A stretch of 64,000 bases of DNA. Source: an uncultured virus (IMG/VR IMGVR_UViG_3300032322_002907) (taxonomy: Duplodnaviria; Heunggongvirae; Uroviricota; Caudoviricetes). The position numbers and the translations under genes were made by a program. A model generated the notes under the pieces. The model was not told the origin of the DNA, did not search any database, and saw nothing but the letters and a program-made list of their open reading frames with translations. Where the stretch lies: the IMG/VR virus record IMGVR_UViG_3300032322_002907, one strand, 5' to 3'. Positions 8,943-20,100 of this stretch are shown here, piece by piece (position 1 is the first letter of the stretch; the number at the start of each line of letters is the position of its first letter).

Positions 8943-11900
8943 TATACTCTCTTTTTAAGTTCTGCTATTTCGGCTCTTAGTTCTTCAACATCCTGTGTAA
9001 GTTCCTTCACGGCATTTACAAGGATAGGTATAATATATTCATGTGTCAATCCTAACTTATCAGGCGTATCTGATCCAACAATAATCGGATTGTCGCCCTC
9101 TGCAGCTAAAACTTCCTGTGCACTAAATCCATAACGTTTCTTTGTTTCAGTGAGTTCATTTGTTTCACGATTTTTAAAGGAGTATGTTATTGGATTGATG
9201 GCATTAAGGAAATTTTTACCATGAGGAACAGGTCCGAATATGCATTTGTCACGAATGTCAGAGGCTACTGTCCACGCAATTTGAATACATGCACAATTAT
9301 GTGAAGAATTTCCTAAAAGAATTCTATTAGATGTTCCTGTTAGTTTTCCTAATCCACCGGTGCTAGAACCTGTACAACATCCAATGAAAATATTATTATT
9401 TCCTGTTGTTAAGAATGCTCCAGCTCTATGACCCATAGCTATATTTTCACATCCGCTCAAACCAAAGGGAGGGTTACAACCGAAAACGGTTTGGTCAACA
9501 TCATAAAGCCCAATTCCATGAAAAGTTCCGCTGCCTAACCCGATGTTATTATTTGGTGCAGGTGATATACAAGCATAGACACCCGTAGATTCACCTATCA
9601 TGATATTTTTACAACCTTCAGTATACCTACCCGCGTAAGTGCCTATACTGATATTATCACCCGCTGACTGTGAGTATTGTGCGGTGAAATAACCTAATGC
9701 AACATTCCTAGATCCGATGAGATTATCAGCACCTGCACCCATGCCAATAAATGTATTATTAACCCCTGTTGTCATGCTAGTACCTGCAGCATGTCCGAAC
9801 AAAGTATTGTTGCTGCCCGTTGTAATACGTTGGCCTGCACATGTCCCGAATAACATGTTACATGTTCCGGTTGTAATACATTGACCCGCTAAATACCCAA
9901 ATGCTGTATTATAACATGAAGTAGTTTGTACTCCAAGAGCACAAAAACCCGCAGCGATGTTGTGACAACCTCTTGCTAGACTACCTGCACATGTTCCGGC
10001 AAATATATTATTACAGTTTGAATCTATTTCAAATCTTTGAATACCCCCAGTGGCTATAATAATGACGTTACTTGTAGAATCAGTTAATCCTGCGTTAGAG
10101 GTTAGATTTCCAAACATAATGTTATCATTACCGGTTGTCACATTCCCCCCAGAGCGCCAACCTAAGTATATATTTTTACAACCTGAAAGATTACAAGTTC
10201 CCGCTCCACAACCTATACTAATATTATCGGATCCTATGGTATTAAAAAAGAAAGCAGATAGACCTAAAGCCGTATTATTACAACCAGTTGTATTACAGGT
10301 GCCCGCACTAACACCTCCAAAAAAGTTATTACATCCTGAGGTGTTGTACCGACCTGCAAATCTTCCAAAGAAATTGTTGCCTATTCCCGTAGTATTACAA
10401 AGACCTGCAAATCTTCCAATAAAAGTGTTATATCTGCCATTAGTAGTACTAAATCCTGTACATTGTCCTGCAAAGAAGTTATGATCTGCTGATGCTCCAC
10501 CAAGACACGCTCCAGCATATTGCCCTAGTATAATATTTCTTTTAGCAGAGTCAAGTTTAAGTTGCTGCACACCACCAGTAGCCATAATAATGACGTTACT
10601 GGTAGCATCAGTTAATCCCACGCAAGAAGTTAAACACCCAAAGATAATATTATCATTACCTGTTGTTACATTACCTCCTGCACACACTCCTAAATAAAGA
10701 TTTCTACATCCCGGACGATTACAGCGCCCCGCATAACAACCTAAAAATACATTTTCGCTACCCGTTGTGTTATTGTATCCCGCATATGTTCCTAAGAAAA
10801 CATTATTATTGCCTGTTGTATTCAAAAACCCAACGCGATGCCCAAAGAAGTTATTGCAACTACCTGTAGAATTACTACGACCTGCTGCTCCCCCAAAGAA
10901 GTTATTACAACTACCTGCAGAGTTACAAAGACCTGCATAACGACCAAAGAAGTTATTGCAACAACCTGTAGAATTACACGCTCCGGCGTTTTCCCCCATA
11001 AAAATATTTACAGCGCCTATAGTATTACATATCCCAGCTAGATGGCCTATAAAGATGTTACATGCACCTGTTGTATTAAAAAATCCTGCACATGTCCCTG
11101 CAAATATATTGTTACGGGTTGAATCTATTTCAAGTCTCGGTACTCCCCCCGTAGCCATAATAATAACGTTACTAGTAGAAGCAGTTAATCCCACATTTCC
11201 TGTGACACATCCAAAGATAATATTATCATTACCTGTTGCAATGTTTCCTCCTGCACATGTTCCGACAAGGAAATTTCTACTGCCAGAGGTAATTAAATTG
11301 CCTGCACAAGCACCAAGGATTGTGTTAAATCCCCCTGATGTTATGGCAAATCCTGAACCAGGACCAACAATAAAGTTTGGATTTGAGGTACTTAAACTTC
11401 CGACTGAGGTTTGTGTACAGGAGAAAATTGTTTCGTTAGTTTTGCCAAATTGTTGAGTTACTGTGGGAAATGTAATTGCTGTATTACTTGCATTTGTTAA
11501 TCTACCTGTTTTATCAACGGTGAATGTACCGACACATGTGCCATTACCATATGTTCCTGGAGAAACTGCAGTTGCAACTAAATCAACTGTTGCATCACCA
11601 CCCTCCATACTACCATTTTGTACAACAATATTGGCACTACTACTTGCACCTGCAATAGATTTTACGTAGTTACCCGTTGTATCTGTACCTAGTGCAACTG
11701 AGTCAGCAGCAACAGTTAATGTTACATCTAATAAATTGGTGTTTTGATTAGAAAGGTTTAGATTAGCTGTTCCTGTTACATCACCTGTAAATTTCAAGTT
11801 TACTGATGGTTTGTTTGCAGTTAACCCATAATTTCTATCAATTAATAGGTTACTTGCATTTACTAATCTACCATCTCTAGTTACAGTTATTTGTGGAACA

Positions 11901-14245
11901 GCATTGGCGTTACCATAGACACCGGGATCAACATTGGTCATCGTTAAATCAACGTTTGCGAGTAATCCTTGACCCGATCCGTTGGTCACAACTATGTTAG
12001 CACTTCCGCCAACTTCTTTTACATAGTTTCCTAATTGAGGTGCTATAGATATAGTAGCTTCTGAAATAGTTTCTATTCTACCTGAAGGGTCAATTTTTAT
12101 TGATATGGCCTTTGTATCTGACCCATATGTCTGCCCTGGGGTACCCGTGAATACATTATTCAGATTAGCAGAAATCTGAAAGTTATTTGTATTTTCATTT
12201 GACAATGTTAAATTGGCATTGCCTATAATGTTACCTACGAATCTAACGTTAATTGCTGGTTTGTTGGTTATTAACCCATAATTGCGATCAATTAATAGGT
12301 TGCTTGCACTTGTTACTCTACCTGTTGAGTCAACAGTTACCTGTGATACTGCATTAGCATTCCCATATGTTCCTGTTGTCAAGCCTGCAACAGTTGCTAA
12401 GCCAACAGTTATAACATTGCCTTCATTAATTGAACCTGTAGCAGTAATACCTGTACCACCAACAACCCTATCAGTATAATTACCTGTTGTATCAGTTCCT
12501 AGTGCAATTGAATCTGCAGCAATAGTCATTGTCACATCTAATGCATTAGTATTTTCATTTGCTAAATTTATATTAGCTGTACCAGTAACATCACCTGTAA
12601 ATTTCAAGTTAACTGATGGTTTGTTTGCAGTTAACCCATAATTTCTATCAATTAACAAGTTAGCTGCTGATGTTACTCTACCTGTGGAGTCAACAGTTAC
12701 CTGTGATACTGCATTAGCATTCCCATATGTTCCAACAGTTAGTCCTGCAACAGTTGCTAATCCTACTGTTATAACATTACCTTCATCAGCTGTACCTGTA
12801 GCTGTTAAACCTGTACCACCAACAACTCGATTAGTATAATTTCCTGTTGTGTCTGTTCCTAGTGCAATTGAGTCGGCTGCAATTGTTAACGTAACATCTA
12901 ATGCATTAGTGTTTTCATTGCTTAAGTTGACGTTCGCTTTTCCAGTTACGTCTCCAATAAAGTTTAAGTTTACAGAAGGCTTGTTTGCAGTTAACCCATA
13001 AGTCCTATTAATTAATAAATTACCTGCATTTACTAGTCTACCGTCTTTTGTTACTATTATTTCAGGTACAGCATTAGCGTTTCCATAAACACCAGGAGAA
13101 ACATTAGTCATTGCAAGATCGATTGTTGGTGTTGATCCTTCACCTGTCCCACTAGTAACAGTAATATTTCCAGAAGTCCCTGTAACAGTTTTTACATAAT
13201 CACCAACAGTGTGTGTACCTAATGTAACTGAATCGACACCAACATTCCCATCTGTCACCGTTAGAATATTTGTACCTTCATTTGATAATGTTAGATTTGC
13301 ATTTGCGACTATATTACCCGTGAACCGTATATTAATTGATGGTTTGTTAGTTGTTAACCCATAATTGCGATCAATTAATAGGTTACCTGCATTTGTTAAT
13401 CTGCCATCTTTAGTTACAGTTATTCTAGGAACAGCATTGGCGTTACCATAGACACCGGGATCAACATTGGTCATTATAAGATCAACAATAGGAACAGAGC
13501 CTTCACCTGTGCCTGTACCAACAGTAATATTCCCTGCACTTCCGCTAATAGTTTTTACATAATCGCCTACAGTGTGTGTGCCTAATGTAACTGAATCAGC
13601 CGCTACATTTGCAGAAACATCAATAATGTTTGTATTTTCATTACTTAACGCCAAATTAGCTACGCCGAGAATATTTCCTTTGAAAATTACATTAATAGAG
13701 GGTTTGTTTGCAACATATGTTTTATAGTTGATTGTTGCATTAATATTTGCAGCGGCTACGTTACCCGTAATAAATCCATTACCTGAAACTACTAAATCTT
13801 TTGATGCAATTAAATTTGATGTTGTAAATATGTTTCCTGTTACACGCGCTTCGTTTGTTACAACAACATTACCACTTGTAGAAACATTACCAGTAACAAT
13901 AGCATCTCTTGCTACTACAACATTAGAACTTGTTACAATATTACCAGTAACAATAGCGTCACGTGAAACAATAACATTGGAAGCTGTTGAAATATTACCC
14001 GTAACCGAACTATAACCGGCAATAACCAGATTACTGGAACCCGAAATGTTACCTCCAACGGATGCATTTCCAGAAACAACAAGATTGCCTCCGGATGTAA
14101 GATTTCCACTAACGGTTATATTACCTGAAGCAATGACGTTGATAGTAAAGAGGTTGTTGTCAAGATCAGCAATCTTGACTCCCATCTCATTTGTTTTTAC
14201 ACGCCATTCTTCAATGGTATCAACGATATTTACTTGAATTGTCAT
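8942..14245 (-). CDS. Long tail fibre with C-terminal intramolecular chaperone (peptidase S74-type), 1767 aa
   Basis: N-terminal DTIEEWRVKTN anchor, ~120-aa tandem repeats, Cys-rich beta-roll modules, C-terminal SDIRDK...GFSAQEV...LVNAVKEL plus coiled coil. Confidence 0.88.
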   Translation of the reverse strand: MTIQVNIVDTIEEWRVKTNEMGVKIADLDNNLFTINVIASGNITVSGNLTSGGNLVVSGNASVGGNISGSSNLVIAGYSSVTGNISTASNVIVSRDAIVTGNIVTSSNVVVARDAIVTGNVSTSGNVVVTNEARVTGNIFTTSNLIASKDLVVSGNGFITGNVAAANINATINYKTYVANKPSINVIFKGNILGVANLALSNENTNIIDVSANVAADSVTLGTHTVGDYVKTISGSAGNITVGTGTGEGSVPIVDLIMTNVDPGVYGNANAVPRITVTKDGRLTNAGNLLIDRNYGLTTNKPSINIRFTGNIVANANLTLSNEGTNILTVTDGNVGVDSVTLGTHTVGDYVKTVTGTSGNITVTSGTGEGSTPTIDLAMTNVSPGVYGNANAVPEIIVTKDGRLVNAGNLLINRTYGLTANKPSVNLNFIGDVTGKANVNLSNENTNALDVTLTIAADSIALGTDTTGNYTNRVVGGTGLTATGTADEGNVITVGLATVAGLTVGTYGNANAVSQVTVDSTGRVTSAANLLIDRNYGLTANKPSVNLKFTGDVTGTANINLANENTNALDVTMTIAADSIALGTDTTGNYTDRVVGGTGITATGSINEGNVITVGLATVAGLTTGTYGNANAVSQVTVDSTGRVTSASNLLIDRNYGLITNKPAINVRFVGNIIGNANLTLSNENTNNFQISANLNNVFTGTPGQTYGSDTKAISIKIDPSGRIETISEATISIAPQLGNYVKEVGGSANIVVTNGSGQGLLANVDLTMTNVDPGVYGNANAVPQITVTRDGRLVNASNLLIDRNYGLTANKPSVNLKFTGDVTGTANLNLSNQNTNLLDVTLTVAADSVALGTDTTGNYVKSIAGASSSANIVVQNGSMEGGDATVDLVATAVSPGTYGNGTCVGTFTVDKTGRLTNASNTAITFPTVTQQFGKTNETIFSCTQTSVGSLSTSNPNFIVGPGSGFAITSGGFNTILGACAGNLITSGSRNFLVGTCAGGNIATGNDNIIFGCVTGNVGLTASTSNVIIMATGGVPRLEIDSTRNNIFAGTCAGFFNTTGACNIFIGHLAGICNTIGAVNIFMGENAGACNSTGCCNNFFGRYAGLCNSAGSCNNFFGGAAGRSNSTGSCNNFFGHRVGFLNTTGNNNVFLGTYAGYNNTTGSENVFLGCYAGRCNRPGCRNLYLGVCAGGNVTTGNDNIIFGCLTSCVGLTDATSNVIIMATGGVQQLKLDSAKRNIILGQYAGACLGGASADHNFFAGQCTGFSTTNGRYNTFIGRFAGLCNTTGIGNNFFGRFAGRYNTSGCNNFFGGVSAGTCNTTGCNNTALGLSAFFFNTIGSDNISIGCGAGTCNLSGCKNIYLGWRSGGNVTTGNDNIMFGNLTSNAGLTDSTSNVIIIATGGIQRFEIDSNCNNIFAGTCAGSLARGCHNIAAGFCALGVQTTSCYNTAFGYLAGQCITTGTCNMLFGTCAGQRITTGSNNTLFGHAAGTSMTTGVNNTFIGMGAGADNLIGSRNVALGYFTAQYSQSAGDNISIGTYAGRYTEGCKNIMIGESTGVYACISPAPNNNIGLGSGTFHGIGLYDVDQTVFGCNPPFGLSGCENIAMGHRAGAFLTTGNNNIFIGCCTGSSTGGLGKLTGTSNRILLGNSSHNCACIQIAWTVASDIRDKCIFGPVPHGKNFLNAINPITYSFKNRETNELTETKKRYGFSAQEVLAAEGDNPIIVGSDTPDKLGLTHEYIIPILVNAVKELTQDVEELRAEIAELKKRV

Positions 14246-14478
14246 TTCGTTTCCTGTAATCGATTAGCTATTACTTGTAACAAATCCTTAATCTCAGAAA
14301 CATCTTTCTTGAGATTTTCAATTTCTTTACTATTATTTAACATTGCTTGTTCTTGACTTTTCATTCTATCTCTATTAGCAATATAGTCTTGATAACCCCT
14401 TACGTCTCGATTCACGATAGCATTCGAATGTGCATCTCGAAACAGATTGGGGTTATCTTTTACTTTTTTTAAGGGCAT
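14242..14478 (-). CDS. Conserved small coiled-coil protein of T4-like phages (78 aa)
   Basis: KVKDNPNLFRD..SNAIVN...Y..Y...EIENLKKDVSEIK pattern; follows the VrlC-like gene. Confidence 0.65.
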   Translation of the reverse strand: MPLKKVKDNPNLFRDAHSNAIVNRDVRGYQDYIANRDRMKSQEQAMLNNSKEIENLKKDVSEIKDLLQVIANRLQETK

Positions 14479-17108
14479 GCTATTATTCTTAGATCTTTGA
14501 TCGATGGAACTTGAGCATTATTTGAAGACCTAAATACAATTTTAACTGTAACTGCAGTAAACAAAGGCAAGTCGTCAATCTCATAATTCACATCATAAAA
14601 TGTTCTGGGATTCTCGCTCTTTTGTATTGGGAATAAAGGTTGTGCTAGAATATAATTTTCTTGTCCCAAAGGTCTTTGTGATCCTTGAGGTAAAATCTTA
14701 TAATAAACATCAATTTCACCTTCACGAGGTACATTTGAACTAAACAGAATTTTTAAGAACTTCGAAGGATATTCTAAAGTCACTTGCTTAGTAACATATT
14801 TTGCTGCCGCTGAGCCGCCCAAATAAGCTCTTTCGTCAACAAACGAATCTCTTTGAACTAAAGTAACGACATTCGATGACACAGGTTGTGTTGCGAATGT
14901 GTAATATACTTCTACATTTGCGTTACCTCTTTCGTCATTTGTAACACGCGAAATAATTACATTAGCGTTAACACCCGCATTTGAGCTGATCTGTAATGAT
15001 TTGCCTACATGTAGAGTTCCAAGAATATTTGCTACTACCGGATTATTTGTTGTTATCAAATTACCTGAAAGAGCAATATTCGAATTAGCAGTTAAAACAT
15101 TTGAAGTGTCATGAACAAACAACACATTAGCTTGTGTAACATTGTCTATTCTGTTTGATACAACAATAGCAGATGTTCTGTTTATATCAATGACAGGAGA
15201 TAAATTTTCAAGAGTAGAAGAAAGTGTAGCAGTGATTTCTAGAGACTTTCTTGCCGCTCCAGAAGGTGCGTTTTCGTTTAATGTTGACTTAACTGCTTTA
15301 GGCGCAGCAAAATAATTATTTTCATTTGCCAGAACAGGTATTGAAAGTTCTTTAGCTGCGGTAGCTACATTTCCGGGAGTGACATTTGCTCTAAAGGAAA
15401 CGTCGGTACCTGTGAAATTTCTAAATTCAATAACAGGTTGTAATACGCTAAATACTAAATCACGTGTTGCTCTTATATTACTTGAAGTGTGAGATATAGA
15501 TCTATCAGCAATATTACCTACTGTAATTGTATATGAATCGATTAAAACATTCCCAACGGTGTGAGTTGCGTTAACGTTACCTGCTGGGATATTGTAAGCC
15601 CCATCAAATCCTGTTATTTGAACTGATGACCCATTTGTAAATCCGTGAGATGGATGAATTACAGTAACGACGTTTGAATTTCCTTTAAATTTCAAGGCAT
15701 TTACAGGCAATCTTTGGAAAGGCAATGATTCATTGACAACTGTAAATCTTCCAGTCGTTGACGTATCAAACTCAGCTCTATACAAAGTGAATTTCAAATC
15801 CTGAAGTTGATCCGCTGTCCATGTAGAAGCGTTTTGTGATTTGAATAAAACACCTGCATAAGGCTGTTGAGAAATTCTTCTGTCTGTACCCAATTCATTT
15901 TGACCCAATTCAGAAATCCAAACTTTATAATTAATTGAATCAGTATATAGAACAATACAATATTCTCCGTTTTCCTCTACATAAACAGGACTCTTAAATG
16001 TAAAGGTTGTTGCAGTTGAAGCATTTGTAGACGTTGTAACTTCTTCTGGGTTCAAGGTTACTTTTGAGAAAGGGAGAACACGTTTACCTGGATATCCGTT
16101 TACAGTGTTACGAATTTCTAAGGAGACAGGTAATGATGAATCTTTCGATTGAAAGAAAATATCAACCTTAGTTAAAAAGCAACCGTTTTTAACATCAATC
16201 AAGAATGTTTGTGCAAGCGGATCATACCAACCCGTATCTGCAATAATTCTATCTGCAGTGTCAGTAACAGTATCTGTTTCTCTTACAACTTCACGAACAA
16301 CTTCGGCGTTTCTAACAGCTGCTATAGTTGATTGTCTTGTTTGTAAAGTGCCGACCGCACTGTAATTAACACGACCTTGAGTTTCTGCAAGAATCTTGTT
16401 ATTGTTAGGATCATCAGAGAAAACTAATTCTCTAACACCTGTTCTAAACTTTAAAAAGCTAGTGTTAGGAATAAGAAAAGTGCCAGCAATATCACCTGTA
16501 GCATTTGTTAAAATGTTTGTTCCCATTTGAGGCGCAGTAACAGTTGCACTTAGAGTCGCCGATGCTCCTGAAATTGATCCAGTAACAATATCACCTTGCA
16601 ATAATGTACCTTTTATATTGGTAAGATACATTACATTTCCTGCTCCATAATACGTCAAAACACCACTGCCGGGAGTATTAGTTAATGTATTAGCAGTGGG
16701 ATATCCTGTTCTTTGTGAAACAAAAACAATATCACCTTTATTAAATGCGCTTTGGTGATTATTTTCAACACGTCTTGCACCCAAAGCGTTTTCTTCTGCA
16801 TATTGTTCGGCTGAAGATTCAAAGTCAAACTTTCCAGACACACTAGATACACCAACATTGGAGGCAGGTGTTATATACGAATTCACAGGTATTTCATCAA
16901 AGAAAGCATATAATCGTGTATTGGGTTTAAAATTTCTGCCAACAAAGGCAATAAATCGCGAACGAATAAAAGGAATTGTAGCAGTTGAAACTATTCTATC
17001 ATCAACTGTTCTTCTATCAATACGAGAAACAACTGACGTTCGAACACCTTCACGTGCTATTCCTCTCTGAGTAGCAGTTTGTTGACGGAGAACTTGTCTT
17101 AAGGCCAT
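14469..17108 (-). CDS. C-terminal half of DUF4815/VrlC-like baseplate structural protein (879 aa)
   Basis: IPFIRSR, FRTG.R, WYDPLAQTF, LFKSQNASTWTADQ.QDLKF, P.IKDLR.IA motifs. Confidence 0.8.
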   Translation of the reverse strand: MALRQVLRQQTATQRGIAREGVRTSVVSRIDRRTVDDRIVSTATIPFIRSRFIAFVGRNFKPNTRLYAFFDEIPVNSYITPASNVGVSSVSGKFDFESSAEQYAEENALGARRVENNHQSAFNKGDIVFVSQRTGYPTANTLTNTPGSGVLTYYGAGNVMYLTNIKGTLLQGDIVTGSISGASATLSATVTAPQMGTNILTNATGDIAGTFLIPNTSFLKFRTGVRELVFSDDPNNNKILAETQGRVNYSAVGTLQTRQSTIAAVRNAEVVREVVRETDTVTDTADRIIADTGWYDPLAQTFLIDVKNGCFLTKVDIFFQSKDSSLPVSLEIRNTVNGYPGKRVLPFSKVTLNPEEVTTSTNASTATTFTFKSPVYVEENGEYCIVLYTDSINYKVWISELGQNELGTDRRISQQPYAGVLFKSQNASTWTADQLQDLKFTLYRAEFDTSTTGRFTVVNESLPFQRLPVNALKFKGNSNVVTVIHPSHGFTNGSSVQITGFDGAYNIPAGNVNATHTVGNVLIDSYTITVGNIADRSISHTSSNIRATRDLVFSVLQPVIEFRNFTGTDVSFRANVTPGNVATAAKELSIPVLANENNYFAAPKAVKSTLNENAPSGAARKSLEITATLSSTLENLSPVIDINRTSAIVVSNRIDNVTQANVLFVHDTSNVLTANSNIALSGNLITTNNPVVANILGTLHVGKSLQISSNAGVNANVIISRVTNDERGNANVEVYYTFATQPVSSNVVTLVQRDSFVDERAYLGGSAAAKYVTKQVTLEYPSKFLKILFSSNVPREGEIDVYYKILPQGSQRPLGQENYILAQPLFPIQKSENPRTFYDVNYEIDDLPLFTAVTVKIVFRSSNNAQVPSIKDLRIIACP

Positions 17109-17131
17109 TTTTTATTCTTTCCTTTTCGTAT

Positions 17132-20100
17132 TTACCATGTTGAGCCTGAATTGTCAATGGCTGGTGTGGCATCCCATGCTGTTCTTATTCTGGCTTGAGT
17201 TGCTGAATCTGACATAGCAAATATTGTATCTGACCACAATCCTCCGCTACCATTTATTGTAGCGAATTCCTCAGCAGTAAATGTTCCAAAGCCATAACTA
17301 TCAACAGTCAAACCTGTAGTGATTGTTGAACCTGTCCATTGTGTTTGCCATGCATTCCAAACAGTTCCTAAAGATCCTGTGGCTTGGAGTGATGCAACGG
17401 TTGCATCAAAATCACCCTCTTGGTTTACAATAATGTCAGGCCTTTGCTCAACTTCGAACCATTCATCGCCAGGAGGATTTAATGTTATTGACCCATTAAA
17501 TGATGCAATTGCAAAAGGATTGATGTTTTCTGTTTTTGATGCAAATGCCTGACGCGCTAAAACTTTATGCGTATATTTAAGAGTGATCAAATCACCCGTG
17601 ACTTGATATCCAGATGTGGTTCGCGTCGAAGGAGACTTTTCAATTAAGTTAACGTTTTGCATTGTATGGGTTGGACGTAATTCGTTATTTTCCATATCAA
17701 CTGCACAACGATAATCTAGAGAAGTTACCTCTCCTACACCATGACCTTCAAAATTATCAACAATAAATCCGTTCTTATATCTTTCTAAACCTAAAGAGTC
17801 ACGAATTGATAATGACGCCGTATCTTGTTCTAATAGGGAAAGGGCTGTGTAATACTCTACATTTTGTATTCTTTTTTCAAGCTCACCAATATCTCTCATC
17901 GTGTAACGCTTATTATCGATATAAGAAATATTGACAGCAGGAGGCGAGGGTATTGGTGTATAAGGTGCTAAATTTAACTTATACAATGTCATGCCTGTAG
18001 CTGGATTTTCAGGATCTGCAGGCACTACAGAAGGTGCCCCCGCTGTGGTAAATATGTTACCACGTAGGTCCATGCTAATTTTGTCTATTCGAGGTAAATA
18101 GTGTTCATAATTTACAGTTAAAGGATAATTTCTGTGAGGTAAGAAAGATGATTGGAACCCCGAACTTCCTTCTTCTATACCTGTAACTCCTGTAATTGTT
18201 GATTCAAGAACAGGCCTGAAATCCAAAACATCAGATAATTTAATATATCCTCCGACTATAGGTATATCCTCATAATTAATATTATTGTAAGAGCTTGCAT
18301 CAAAGTATCCATCTAATCCACCACCATGAAGAAAATAACGAAAATCAATTCTTACATTTCCGCCAGGCGCAGGAAATCCTGTTTTTCGTGTTAATCGCGA
18401 TCTTTCATAATGTGTTGGTCTTTGCCCGCTATCAAACGTAAACCAATGAGTTATATCTACATTCCCTGCTAAATTGTTTGCAAAGGTTCCGATTTGTTTT
18501 ACTGCATCAATTTTATAAACATCGAAGTTTTCAATTAAAAGAACAGTTCCTTTAGCAGCATCATTTGTAAGAAGTTGTGATTTAATTGTGGAAGTCTTAG
18601 TGCGTGCAGCAGCGGCTGATTTAATTGGTGCTAAAATTGTATAATCATTAGTTCCTGTCAACCCGCTTAAAGTAAACCCTGCACCCCCCGTACCAACCGT
18701 TAAAGACGTTGCTAATTGTGTATTACCATTATCGGTTCTATTGAATACAACCACATCATCAAGAGTCATGTTTGAAGGCACAACATTACCCGAATCAATA
18801 GTTACAACACCAGCCGCAGCGGTTCTTTCAAGAGCTTTTAAATTATAAAACACTGCACTCGATGTAGATTTTATAGCATCAAACGGTAAAGAAAACAATG
18901 CAGGTGTATGCTCTGGTTCACGCAATACCATTTCTGCACGATAGTATCGTGAATTTGTTGCAGATATCGCTGAGGTTGAGACTGTAAGAGAGTAGTCGCT
19001 TGTAATTGAGCTAACTTTTAATAACTGTTTTGTTGAATCAATGTAAATATAGTCGCCAGCTTTAAAGTCATTGAAAAATGATGTTCCTTGACCGGTAACA
19101 GCTGTACCCGAAACAGAAACTGTTTGCGGTAATTCTACATAATCTGTGTTAAGCCCGGGATTTAACTCATACAATGCAATATTAGCACTAAAAGTTGTTG
19201 TAGCTCCAGAAACAGCTTTTATTCTCTTAACATCGCGCTTAAAGCTAAAGTTTTCATTAACGTTTATGTTAAATAGTGACAGTTTAAATACTGCATTAGC
19301 TAGAGATGCATTTCCTGTATGGTAATAAACTCCGCGAAGTTTAGCGCTTCCAATCTCAGTTGTTGCTTCTAAATCTGAATATAACTTAACATTAGGAAAC
19401 TTTGAAAAATCAAATGTAGTTGCAGCTACACCCATATTTACATCTGTTATTAAAGCGTAGTTTCCTATAGTTACATCTATTTCTTCTGAACTGACTGCGC
19501 GCGTGTCACGTGCCTTTGATACAGTTAAGTATTGTGTGGCTATTTTTTCAATTTCATATCCATTAATATACGCCTTTCCTGGCTCAATACCTACAGATAA
19601 ATTTGTCTCCGACCCAGTCAATGAAAATCCTCGATTATATGGAGGATTTTCTGTATATAACCATTTAACTGTGCCATCACTAACTGCACCAAGGGTGTGT
19701 ACGGGTGCTGTTCCGCCTGCAGTACCCGAATCAATAGCGACATATATATTCCCGTTATTGATAACAACATCTTTTCTCAAATAAGCTGCACCTTGTGCCC
19801 ATTGTCCTCTATCATTGTTTCGATGTTCACGAATCTGAATTCTAAAAGGATTGACTGTATAGTTCCCAGATTCTTCGAATGTTCTCCTTGCAAGAGTTTT
19901 TTCAAGAATATTATACTGTGTTCTGTTTACTGTTCTTAAAATAACTCCATTTTCAATTCGGGCAAGTTCAAAGAAGTCTTGATCAAATTCAGATGTAAGA
20001 GAAAGTTTTGATAGTACAAGCTCCATCTTATAACGATCTGCTCCAGGAGCTGACTCATTAGTTGTGCCTATAGAATTATCATACAATGTTTCATCGTCTA

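Noticed and set aside
322..14237. Numerous + strand ORFs in the track (Pro/Val/Leu-rich) over the fibre genes
   Set aside because: They are antisense shadows of the Gly/Asn/Thr/Cys repeat genes on the minus strand and show no family motifs.
17108..17135. Translational bypass (gene 60-like), intron or stop readthrough at the VrlC-like split
   Set aside because: The gap is only 23 nt, the two ORFs are out of frame, there is no hairpin or intron core, and an SD plus ATG explains independent initiation.
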